Shown: one piece after another, positions 51,998-64,000 of the stretch
Layout: every line of letters starts with the position of its first letter
Position numbering within the stretch: position 1 is the first letter of the stretch
From: Trichoplax adhaerens
Taxonomy: Eukaryota > Animalia > Placozoa
Assembly (NCBI RefSeq): GCF_000150275.1
Contig: NW_002060964.1
Location: 425,643-489,642 of the forward strand
Direction of reading: 5' to 3'
Length of the DNA: 64,000 bases
Translations under genes and position numbers: made by a program
The notes under the pieces: model-generated
Seen by the model: only the letters and a program-made list of their open reading frames with translations
What the model was told of the DNA's origin: nothing
Databases searched by the model: none

Positions 51998-54900
51998 ATG
52001 ACATCGAATTGCCTTAATACTAGACCGGTTGACAGGTAAATTAATTACTAGTGGGATAAAAACTGTACTTCGACTATCCATGTAATAGAATAGATATCAA
52101 AGCTCTTCTATTGGCTTTCGTCTAAGTCTCATTTTTACTGTATGTATTTTAATATAATGCGTAAATTTCCGATCATGATTGATTACGATAGAAAGGTAGT
52201 CGTACATGCTACCAGGGATCATATTGATGAGAACAGTGACGATTTAACTCATTTTTGCCCTAATCTATAATTCCTTGGCAATTATCAGCTTTACATTCAT
52301 TGCCTTATTTAATTTTATCAGCTTCAAAAAAGGTAGCGGTAGATGACTAAGGCTTTCTTATTTCCAATCTTATGCCGTAACTATCGCATCTCTAAGCAAG
52401 TTACAGACAAAGTATATGCTGCAGCTATATCGTAACAATCTGCTGCAAATAATTATGATATTATATTCGTATTAACTCTATACTAAGCGTAGAGTATTCA
52501 TCTTAGCTGAATTTTTGCATCCTAGTCTTGATTAAACTTAATTGTTAATTTGTGAATAACCGAAATAAACGGTTTAGTACTAAAAGGTAACTCGTTTTTA
52601 ATTATTTGTAATGTAAGCATAATCGCTTTAAAATTGGCTAAAGATTTGACTCTAGACGGATTAAAATTACTTAGAGTCCTATTATTTTAGTTATTACTCA
52701 TTTTGTCTAATATTAGTAAATTTCTCGTTCAAAAGAACGGATACATACTCTACACAAAGCAACAAGTTAAAAAAGAAAATTCATAATTAGATTCTCTTAC
52801 TATTTATGCTTGTAGGATTGCCTTACTGATATGTCTCTCAGAGAGCTTTACTCAATTGACACGCTTAATTGATTTCATTAGATCTTATTTCTAAGAAATG
52901 ATTTTATTTGTTTCTACATTTTCTTATTTAGTATGACAAGTGCTGTACTGTACTGTACATGTTCATTCTTTCGTAAGTCAATTAAATATATTTAACGAAT
53001 ATTAATAGAATTATTTTATGTTTAACATAAAATTAACAAAAGGATATCACAACAAAAACGGATAAACTATATTTAGATTATTAAAATTACAGCAGTTAGT
53101 TAATGTAGTATTACTTCTAAATACGGAATAATTTATTTTTAGTAAAAGTATTAGTTTTCACTAGACTGTAGCCTAATTCTAAGACTGCAACATAATTCTA
53201 AATATGTTTGATCTATATTTAACAATTTACTCTGTGGAAATATCTTGTACTCTAGCTAACTTATACCGTAGCGCTAGCTTAACATAGAAGTAACCTATTT
53301 TCATGATTTATTCGAGCCTATAAATAATTTCCTCGTTCTATGCTCCTAACGTTATAAAAGCTATCTTCTTTCGTCTATCGCGTTAGTTAGTTCTGGTAGT
53401 TACTCGGTAAGCTTGCACACTTTACCTATTCTACACTACTATAGTTATTCGACTAGTCACGTCGTTACTCGCACTATAATCTTACACGATTATTCTCTTA
53501 CACTAGCTTAATAAAGGTTACTCTTCCGTTAATTATTCTATTGTACATTATTACGACTAATGCCGAACTCTCAACCTTTCGAAACATCACAGTTAATTTA
53601 CTTTGTATTCCTTAATGCTGAAACCATGCCTATTACGCTCTTGAACTTCATCCATCTGATCATTTTGACATTGAATAACGTTTAAAGAGAGTTTGCTTTA
53701 TTCAATTTGTAGCACATTAGTTTTAAGATGGACGATGTTTGTACTCCAGGACGTCATTTATTGATTAAGAGTACTGCATATCTACGGTAAAATTGAGTAA
53801 TCTTTACTTTTCTTCTAGCGAATGTCAAGTTTCGTTCCGCTTGTTACTATAGTTGTCAACATGCTCTTCTACTGCATATTTGAAACAGCGAACACCATAT
53901 TACATTTACTTTATTTTTAAGCCGATTTCGTATACATAGTTACAGTATACTATATTGCGATAAGGGTTTGATGAAGTATAAGCAGCATAGTTATCAGCGG
54001 CAAAAGTTAAATTCACACGAAATATCATGCTTAGGTAACAGAGAGATTTTAAGGAACAAGTATCGTATGAGAAAGAGAGAGAAAAACAGTAGTTGCAGTA
54101 AATTAGTGCATAACTAAACAACTCAGTAGTATTAAACACTACAACGATTGTAGCAACTGGGCTATAATGATAAGTCAGCGATCTTTGCACCTTTAGAAGA
54201 GGACAGTTGCAGAGCGTATATCTGTACAGATAAATATATCGTATATTGTGATTGTTTAGGGTAGTACCTAAAAATTGCAGGCACTAACAAGTGCACTGTA
54301 AGTACTATAAATAACTAAACTGAATAGTATATATTTATATTGTGATACAAAAGATTGCCAATTATATCCTGTATGTATGCTATGCATCCGTGAACTAGTC
54401 TCACAGTAAGGTCCAATACAGTATAATTACCCACAATGAAGGCAGGCATAAATTGTTATTGCAAATTAATCTTTGAATGGCACAATTTCATATCTGGAAT
54501 GAACATGGAAAGTAATGATTATTTTACACTATATCCATTTGATTTACTGCCTCGATAGATAACATTTAAGTCATGTGATCTTTATTTAATATAAAATTTC
54601 GAATGATTATCGTTCAGGTTCTCGACATCGCATTTAAATTACTTTGATTTAGAGCTTGGATAGGGGTTAATTGACGTCGGCATCTTTGTTAATTGTTTAT
54701 TCTGTCCTCTATAATCCATTTAATTTGAATTTATTCGCAGGTATGATTAAATATACTTCACTTATATCATTCTTAGAATAGCTAGTAAATTAAATCACAT
54801 TTTCACATCTTAAATTGTTATTGAGTTTAATGTAGAAATTACTTTTTCGGATTTCAACTGTTAATTTGTCATCATGCCAGACTTGATTTACTCATTATGC

Positions 54901-57900
54901 CCCTGTTTTTATTTAAATTTGAACCTCCTTATATAATTTTACGTCATTTTCGATCAATTACAATCACTATCAGGCATTATCAAGTTCCTATCATCTCACG
55001 ATGAGCAATAAATCTAATATTAGACAAATTAAAAGTTTTCTTATCAAACACTTACTCTATAATTTGGACATAAAAATCTTCCGTCATTGTAGGTACTACA
55101 TAATTTTCACTATTTTCATCATCCTCGGAATTGCCAGCACCTTGCCTATACATATATTTTATACTGCGTCATCGGTAAGATATCTATTTAATATTATCAT
55201 TTTCTAATGTGGTAGTCTAGGTCATTGCTAAATCCATATACTGGTAACTGTTAATCATTTTTATCATCAAATAATTCGAACATGTGGCAGTACTACAAAG
55301 CCAAATTGAAAGGGACAGCATATCAGTATGTGATTGAGAATTATTTGATGCTGGCTTATAGTTTACCTACACTGTTTGTAGGTGTTGTCAATCTTATAGT
55401 ACTTCGATCGTAAGTTGATAATAAAAGGCAGCATTAATGGCCTAAATGTTAATCTGATTCGCATCAAATCTGGAAATACCTAAGCTTGACTACCTTATTT
55501 TTGGTCTAGAATTGACGTTAGGAAGCGGCTTACATTTTCGGTGATTGTGATAATAGCCTCTCTTATAGCCACTACCATATTGGCAAAATTAGATACAACA
55601 CAATGTACGTGTTTACTTTCTATTGAATATTTTTATAAACGAAATCATAATATATTTGTTATTTTGCTTTTGTAATCTCAAATTATTTCTTTTTAAAAAT
55701 GAGCCATAAAATGCTAGTCCGTCTAAAAAAACAACATGGATACGTAGTTATGCATGTTAAGGATTAAATTGATTGACAATACTGCATAAAGGATCAGTAC
55801 TATAAATTAGCTTAGAGCAATCAAGTTATCAATTACTTTTAAGTTGAAATATTGTGTATAATTTTGAGTAAGAAGCGGTAGTATCCATAATTTTTTATTT
55901 TATTACTATAATCCTATATTAATTCTATGACTTGAACAATTGTCTTTTCTCATCTCTTGAAGTCCTATAGAGCTAATTTTAAATTTTAATTTGTTGTAGG
56001 GCAAAGAACCTTTTTGATTTTATCCCTACTAATTGTCTTCCTGAACAGCGGTAAGTAAAGTGTCTTCGGATAGCCTTGCAATATTTGTAAAGTACGTTAC
56101 CGTCCTATTCTATCATTTTAATGCAGAAAGCTATAAAATCTAAAATATACTGTCAAGAAGACAGTATATAGAAACGGAAATAACTGGTATCGGCAACTTG
56201 TAAACAGATCGATAGTGATAGTTTTACAGCACGAAGTAGTTAAAATTTAATTCATTTCTATTGAAACGATTGCTTGAGATTAAATCACATCGTCTTTGTA
56301 AATTTTAGTGAAAGGTTATTACAAATTTAGGCTTGTAACAAACAATTAAGCTTAAAGGAAACCTCAATTAGGGTTAAATGCTTCTTTATTTCACGAGAAG
56401 AAGACAACAACGATTACTAGTAATCTATCAATCAGTTTTAAAGCCTCTTATTGCAATCCTATTTTTTTAGTTTTAACAATATTTATGAAAAATCAGGAAA
56501 TCGAATTGATCTTAATGCAAATTGTTTATAGTTATTTAACGGTAGCTTTTGTCAAGCTGAGGAGACTTGCTTAATTCTGTTTACCATTAATATCCAGTGT
56601 TTGGGAGTACCATGTATCAAGGAAGCTTATTTGGGCTAGCTGGTATATTTCCAAAAGAATATACACTAGCATTGATTACTGGCCAGGTAAGAAATTTTTG
56701 ATCACTATTTAATAATTTGATGGTGGGAATAATTCGTTCAATTGATTTTGTTTGAAGTATACGCGGACTAGGCTAGCATTTTACTTAGAATAATAGCGTT
56801 TATATTTTGATCAACTTTACTTATTCTTTAATGCGAATACTGTAACTTGTTTTATAAATCATTTTAATTCTTTTACAGGCTCTTGCTGGTGTTTTTACAG
56901 CAGTAGTCAATATCATATCATTAGTCGGTAAGATATACACCTTTCCTTTGTTGATCATGGTATAGTGTCTTTATTTAGATACGGATGTCAATGTGTTTCA
57001 ATTGAAGTAGCGATTTAAGTGGTATATTGTCTTTTCATCTTCAATTGCTGCCTTAAATAGCATGTACGCAACAATATATTGACATCATTAGCAGTTTAAC
57101 CAACGGCTAATTAAATAACATATTTAAGAGCTAACATTACAGGTCCATTTAAGAGATAGATCATGATTATAACGGAATTAAGATCTTTCTTATACTGAAG
57201 ACTTGTATTTATCGTATGCAATTATTGCTCGCTCAGTAAATAATCAATTGAATCGAAAAATAAGAAGCCTAATCTATACGTTACGTAGTTAAGATCGAAA
57301 AACTAATCAAGTTATAAGAACCAGATTTTTAAAACCATCTACTTAAAGATAGCAAATAGAATGATGATTTCAATGCAACTAGAGGAAAATCAGGAAACAA
57401 TTGTTTTCATCTTGTTAATTGCTTATATTATTCTAAATGACGAGCTAGATTAAACTAATATCTTAAACTGACTAAATCTATAATTTTCGCTAAAAAATTT
57501 GCTTAAAGCTGATCTTCGATTTATAACCATATTGTTTTAAAAATTATCTTAATCGGCTACTCTAATTGACACTCAAACACTATATCGATGAATTGAACTT
57601 CGAACAAGTTCAAATGATACGAGTTTTTGTAGCTTTAAAATTAATATTTCTTAACAATTTGTTACAGCCACCCATTCTGCAAGTCATAGTGGTGTGGCTT
57701 ACTTTACCTGTGGAATTATGTTACTATTGGTATCCTTAATAATTCAATTATTGCTGAAAAAGAATGTTAGTTTTTCGTTTACTATTCAAGAACCTATTTT
57801 CTTTTATTGGATAGAAATAAAATATATTGTTGCCTTTCTTATTATTGAATTTATTGCGTATCGTAAAATTAAATTAGCCAAGTTTTCTATTTAGGCTTTC

Positions 57901-60186
57901 GCAAGATATTATATGGAAAAAAATTTGGAATATGGTATAATATATAAAAAATTGACGTAACTAAACCACGATGCTTTCACTACAAATACTAATTATTTTA
58001 TCCTCCGCTTATAATAGATGCCAGTCGAGAGAAAACACTTTTAGATCACGAAGATGATAACAGTGGAACTGAGGAAGAATATGAACCTATTCCGAATGAA
58101 GATAGTCGATTTTATCGTATTATGCACATTCTGAAAAAGGTGATACGAATAAATGATCTGGTTATTCGAATGTTTAGGGTTCTACATAAATTGTAATATA
58201 ATCCAATTCTTGATATTTAAATAATGTCTATCAATTGATACCATTTTAAGACATGGCCAGTTTTCACGGCACATTTCCTATGTTTTACAATCACCTATGG
58301 TATTTTCCCATCTCTTCCATCGCGTGTTATTTCCGTCAATTACCAAAGTCATAGCCCATTAACAGGTATTTCACAGATGAACCATTGAACTAGCCATGAA
58401 ATATGAGAATGTATTTTACTTGCACTTTAGAATGATTTAATTTTTGCCTGTGTTAATTGATTGCATAGCACTGTCGTACAAAAATTATTAAATTACCATT
58501 TGCAAATAGTTAGTTATACCAATTATCTTAAGCATTGGATTTAACGATAGTTTACCTGTCATTTAGTGTTGATATTTATAAAGTTATAGTCTGTAAACAG
58601 GATTATAATCAGGCTACTAATATTTAAATGATTCATTTGAATCTGTATTATTCGTGCGACTGCGTTATATTTGCTTTCTGCGGTCTTTTTTTATTAAATA
58701 GAAGCTAATTTAAGATTATAGCTATCTAGTTAGATAATTTTAAGAAATAAATTGTAACAGATGCTTTGCTGTCTTATAAGTCGACGCCTCAATTAGGCGA
58801 ATTTTCCATAAATGAAAGGTTGCCAGTCTCAATATGCGGCTCCTAAGTTAAAAACTGTCAGAATGTTAATCTTAATGGAAACACCTCCATTCGTTGAATA
58901 TATTCAACTCTACATTTATTTCAGGTCCCTTATTTATACCAGTAGCGTGTTTCTTAATATATGCCGTCGCTGAAGTTGTTAGCGGAGTTGTTTCTAGATG
59001 GATATTATTGGTGAGTTAACCAATGTGCATATTGAATGTAAGCATGAAGAAACCTAAGAGTTAATGTAAAAGTACTACTACTCCTTTTACAACAATTGAT
59101 CAGATTGAAGTTTTACATTTTTTGAAAACTGTTACAGAACTGTTTCTTTCTCAATCTATAAATCCTATTTCCAGACAATTTATATAGCTTGTAATTTATT
59201 ACCATCGTTTAAAAAATAGATTTTATTGATTTAAAAGCATTTAAAACCTGGAAATTTATTTTTCTATGAATTCATGCTGATTATGATCTAACAGAATTTA
59301 TTCAACTTTTATTTGCTTCATAAATATTATTAAATTTAGCCTAGGCAAAATCAAGGGCTGTCCTTATTGTTCTTATCCATAAGCAGAATTGCTTTTATTC
59401 CACTTTTTCTGTATTGTAATGTTCAACCACGAAAGCATTTACCAGTGAAAATCTATAATGATGTGGCTTACATAATGCTAGTTCTGCTGTTTGCTTTTTC
59501 TCATGGATATATCAATACACTCTGTTCAATGTATACGCCAAAGTAAGTTCCATCTTGAAAAATTTGACACCGAATTGCTTATGAAACTATAACACTGTTA
59601 TTTAGCTGCCAATAGACCGTAGTAAAAAGCTTATTGATATACCAACCTATTATAGTTTGAATACTTAAAATTTAAGACAATTAATCATGATAAACCTATG
59701 AAAGATCTTCGTATTGATGCGATAAAGACACAATTTAAATATAAAATTTACACTATATGATACCTTCTATAGAATTAATGCTATTCTTATTGTAGATCAG
59801 AGATAGCTAGTGTGCTTATTATTAATTTAATCAAAATTCTATTATCTTGATTATTAAGAGAGTAAAGTAAAATTTTTAGATAGGAGTTAATTAGCAATTT
59901 TATAGCAAATACTAAGCTAGTTTTGGTATATGAATTTAGATATAGTGATGATATCGTAATAAATGGTAGATGAGACTACTATTCTTCGATATGTAATTGT
60001 AGATGATGAACGAAATCCCTTTCGCCATCGACTAACTTGATCAACTTCTACCGATATACTAATTTTTATTTTAGGCGTGTTCGAGCTCGATTTAGTGAAT
60101 CTGCAGGAGTATTGGCTTACTTTGCTCTCATGGCTGGAGTTACTGCTGGCACTGTGCTGTCATTTGGATTGATTGCGATCGTTTAG
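51998..60186 (+). CDS. Equilibrative nucleoside transporter copy ENT-d, apparently intact
   Basis: Exon 1 MTSNCLNTRPVD(R) at 51998-52035; exon 2 from 55093 YYIIFTIFIILGIASTLPIHIFYTASS; FGSTMYQGSLFGLAGIFP; IYAVAEVVSGVVSRW; FSHGYINTLCSMYTP; last exon ESAGVLAYFALMAGVTAGTVLSFGLIAIV*. Confidence 0.88.
53104..53591 (+). mobile_element. Solo LTR (family B, 488 bp) with perfect 5-bp TSD GTTAA, in intron 1 of ENT-d
   Basis: Termini TGTAGTATT...AACATCACA; internal TATAAATA (about 53319) and AATAAA (about 53510); GTTAA at 53099-53103 and 53592-53596. Confidence 0.75.
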
Positions 60187-61469
60187 TTCGTCAACGCAAC
60201 CAAATTAATTTATACTTGCAAAACTTATCGTATGGATAATGAATGTCTGGTTTGGCTATGCTTAAGCCAAATAGCAGTATTTAGCAATGTTTAAAAAATG
60301 TAGATAATTGTAGTAGAGTGCTTTGCCTTAAATTTGAGTGCACTATTTTTTATAAGTATTGTTTGTCTGTGGGCTTAAAAAATTATATAAGCGAGCAGTT
60401 ATCTAACACGACCTCAGTGTCGAAATTAAAATTTATGTAGGAATAATAATCTAAAGAAAATTTTATCTCTGGCTCCTTATATCGCAATAAAGTCTTTTAC
60501 AAAATTTTCTTGAACAAAATAACGCAAAACCTTGCGGATCAGCTGTTCATTTTTAGCGACTTGTCTCTAAAGATATAAAAAAATTACATAACCGAAGAAT
60601 TTAGAGAATCTAGTTTGTTCTATCACATCGTATGTTTCCGGCTGGCTCATAAATATCCTGATTAAGAATATCATCGTTCGCGTAATGAAACTATTTCAGA
60701 TTTTCTAGCTAAGGTTTATAGTGAAAATGTTTGAGATTATAGTCTAGGTAAGTAGCAATATACGTAATCCAGTTGGCCTTATCATCACGTGCCTGTTAAT
60801 TTGTTAGCTATTCGCACATCGCAGGGTTAGCGTTAATACGGCTTAACATCACTTCTCTAAAATATCATAATATACCATGATATATTAACAAACATATGGC
60901 ATAAGGAATAATTTGTTGTACAAACGCTTGCTTGTAGTGTAGTCCTATAAACTGCACAAATTTTAATGTATTTGAATTTATTAACCCTAATTACGGAGAC
61001 TTAAATTACAGTAACTTACTATTTGGCATATTTTTCTTAATTATATGCTTGCAAATGACTGCGTCAGTTCAATGGCGCAACCGAAACTTGCTGGCCCTTA
61101 AATAGTGATATTTATAAAATTGGTAGAATTAATAATTTATTGTAAACTTTTCATAAACGTAATCGATTCTAGTTCTAAATTTAATAAATTAGCGATGAGC
61201 ATAGCTCTTAGAAAATGGTAAGATGAATGCCGTAATTAAAGTGAACTGTTGATTAGGCCTAGGATTTAATTCCAATGGATCCGAGCATAACTTGCACACT
61301 ACTTTGCCAGATTTAAATTAGTATCCTAACCATCTTGTATTTGTTAATAATGAAGCGTTTTCGAAATTTTAGTAATTACATTTGACACTTAATCTCGAAA
61401 TACACATGGTCGAGTATGGAAGTCAAGCTGATACTCACGCATAAAATCATTTCCCTCTGAAGCCTTAAT

Positions 61470-62537
61470 TTGTTAAAATTGCTATTTATGTCAATAAGCA
61501 GAATTACTTTTATTCCTCTCTTTATCTATTGCAATATCCAACTAAGGAAGCATTTGCCTATCAAAGTCTACAGCAATATCGCTTATATTATTTTAGTTCT
61601 ACTGCTAAGGTCTTTCTCATGGATACGTCAGTTCACGATGCGCAATGTATTTACCAAGGTTAGTGCTGTCATAAAAGAATCTGAAATTGTATCATTTAAA
61701 GCAATAGTATTACATTTTAGCTGTAATTACTTGTCAGTTAGCATTCACTGATATATAAACCTACTAAAGCTCAAAAAGATAATTTGGAATATATTATAGT
61801 GAGCATAAATCTATAAAATATCTAGATATTGACAAATGGCAGTTGTGGTACGAGAATAGAAGTAGATTTTACTTTCTATGATTTTTTATACAGAATTGGT
61901 ACTATCAATTAAGCTAATCATGGTCTGCTAGTATGGCGTGCTTATTATTTATATATTTATAATCGATTTAATCAACACTATTTTCTGTATACGTGTAAAC
62001 ATGATCTTAGCTTATAACAGAGTACGTCATTATCTGCTTTGGCATGAAATAGTAATCCTATAGAAGACATGTAGTTAATTATTGCTGTCTCGTATATGAA
62101 TGTTGATGCAATATTCATGTCATTACTGATAGTAGATAAATCTTAGACCGATAGTTTAAATAATTGAAATTTGAAAGTAACTGAAGTTTTATATCGATGG
62201 CCACAGGCTATCATCTGCTCTTAATTACTGCAATGATTATTAAAGGGCTCCTAGCGATAGTTTTTTAATCGAATACACTACAACGAATAGTGTCGCTGTT
62301 TTAGTTTTAATTGCAAATCAGTGCCACTTACTATTCGATATTTGATTTTTACTAATCATTCAAGATTAATTTGTAATCTAATTATGTGATTGATCTAGTT
62401 CTATTCACACTTTTATTTCATTTAGGCATGTTCAAACTCAATTTACTGAATCTGCAGGAGCACTGGCTTACTTTTCCCTCGTGACTGGAATTACTGTTGG
62501 TGCAGCTATTTCATTTGGAATAAGCAAGATCATTTAG
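61470..62537 (+). pseudogene. Duplicated 3' end of an ENT (frameshifted penultimate exon plus intact terminal exon)
   Basis: 61470-61658 reads SISRITFIPLFIYCNIQLRKHLPIKVYSNIAYIIL with a +1 frameshift near 61608 and no clear acceptor. 62426-62537 reads HVQTQFTESAGALAYFSLVTGITVGAAISFGISKII* with an intact acceptor and stop. Confidence 0.8.
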
Positions 62538-64000
62538 TTCAATATTGAATTTAAATTCATTCATGATTACTTCACCTGTAGTACTTTTACCGGAAATATC
62601 TATGGTGATATTAAAGTCGGAAGCAATATTTTGCTGTTTTTTTAGATAACTGCTACTGAATTTCAGCATGGAATTTGGGTATCCTATCAATTTTAATTAA
62701 ACAAGGCAGTTTGCAGTAATTCTAGCATTTAAAAGATAAAAAAAACGAATAGCTTGCGAGTACTAGGTTGCTTTATTTTGTTGTACTTTTAATCGATCTG
62801 ATTATATCGTGAAGTATTTTATGTTGTATCTTGTACTTGTCTAACTGCTTGTATAGTTGAAAAGTTTATTAAAATCCTGTTTGTCACATCAATTTGCTAT
62901 TTTCCCGCTCTGCATGTTAATTGTGACTTACTTGTTGCTAATAAGCATGTGTATCGCTGATCTGAACGCTGTGATGTATTCCGCAAAGACTCGGATCTTA
63001 ATCCATCATACTGTAAAAGAGTTAATAATTTATGAATATTAATGTTAATAGCTATTTAAGTTTACTAATCTTGCTAGTGTTACCCATGTGCAGGCCTTTC
63101 TATCTTCTCCAGGTTATAGTCCTCTACGAATTAAGGAAATTAATGACTATTAAACCTTGCCAATCATTTTCCCTCCTACTCTACATTAGATTGGAAGAAG
63201 ATCGCCCAAGATTCAATCTTCGTCCGATAGTTTAGGTTACTAATTATCATGTATGCAATTATACTTAAGACTTGTTACAGATTTCTATTTTATTGAGTAA
63301 TTCGTCCATTCAGATTCGCCATACACGATGGAGCAAAATAATAATATCGTTGATTCTCTTAGAAATTAATTCTATAACGGCTACAAAAACATGTAAATTT
63401 TCCATGGAAACGGACTGATTAGGTAGAGCAAACGTACATTAAGTTTATGAATAATTAACCTTTAAATTTTAATTGGTATAAACTTATATTATTCTGGCTA
63501 CAACTTAAGCAAGTACCATAGTTATGATTAGTGATTGAAATTACTAAGCAGGTAGACGCAAGCGAGAGTAACATTTAAACTCCAAATAAAGATGGATTAA
63601 TATTATCATCACGCACCACCATACTCGCATTACTCCAACCTAGCAGTATTTATTAAAATGCAGTACGTGCATATTTTACTTCAGTTTTTGCAAAAAGAGC
63701 GTAATATCTAATAGTGTATATGCTGCAGCAAAGCTAGATAAAGACTAATTATATAATATTACCGTTAAATTATATATTACCAATTATTAAGCGCATAGTT
63801 ATTGTAGAATCTACAATATAACTGCAACTCATTGGATTCTTGCACGTAAAAAAACAGAAACTGTATCAGCGAGAACCTACTTTTACATATATTTTCCATT
63901 TGATCTTGTTTTATATTATAATTTTGTACCCAAAATGCCTAGAATGATGCTTCTTATAACAGGAATGCAGACGATACAGAAATAATTAGCTAATGCCAGT

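Noticed and set aside
53728-53786. Alternative first exon for ENT-d (MDDVCTPGRHLLIKSTAYL R|gt)
   Set aside because: The phase is compatible, but it lacks the PxD(R/K) motif shared by all paralogs. The exon at 51998-52035 (RPVDR) fits better.
1881-63235. Most 60-110 aa ORFs in the supplied track
   Set aside because: They are antisense shadows of real exons, exon-intron read-throughs or AT-rich noise.
1-64000. tRNA or rRNA genes
   Set aside because: No cloverleaf, A/B-box or rRNA-like sequence was recognised by eye. A covariance-model scan would be needed to exclude small ncRNAs.

Overview
AT-rich, intron-dense eukaryotic genomic DNA. The short GT-AG introns, gene content and degenerate nephrocystin-3/kinesin-light-chain-type TPR gene suggest an early-branching animal, most likely a placozoan such as Trichoplax (inference). 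The ORF track is mostly uninformative because the genes are spliced, so I assembled the exons by hand. Gene order: LIN52 (+), ENT-a (-), a modular tandem array, methyltransferase 1 (-), ENT-b (+), pseudo-ENT (-), prosaposin-like gene (+), methyltransferase 2 (-), a 50-N gap, an orphan ENT last exon, ENT-c (+), TPR pseudogene, a second orphan ENT last exon, ENT-d (+), and a duplicated ENT 3' end. Four LTR copies from two families are present, two with perfect 5-bp target-site duplications. Highlights: (1) an expanded SLC29/ENT array whose substrate-pocket residues have diverged between copies, interleaved with two paralogous small-molecule-type SAM methyltransferases; (2) a prosaposin gene inside the ENT array, next to an ENT carrying an ENT3-like lysosomal dileucine signal, which mirrors the human SLC29A3-CDH23-PSAP neighbourhood; (3) an unexplained 1.2-kb modular repeat array. 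Some exon boundaries are approximate.
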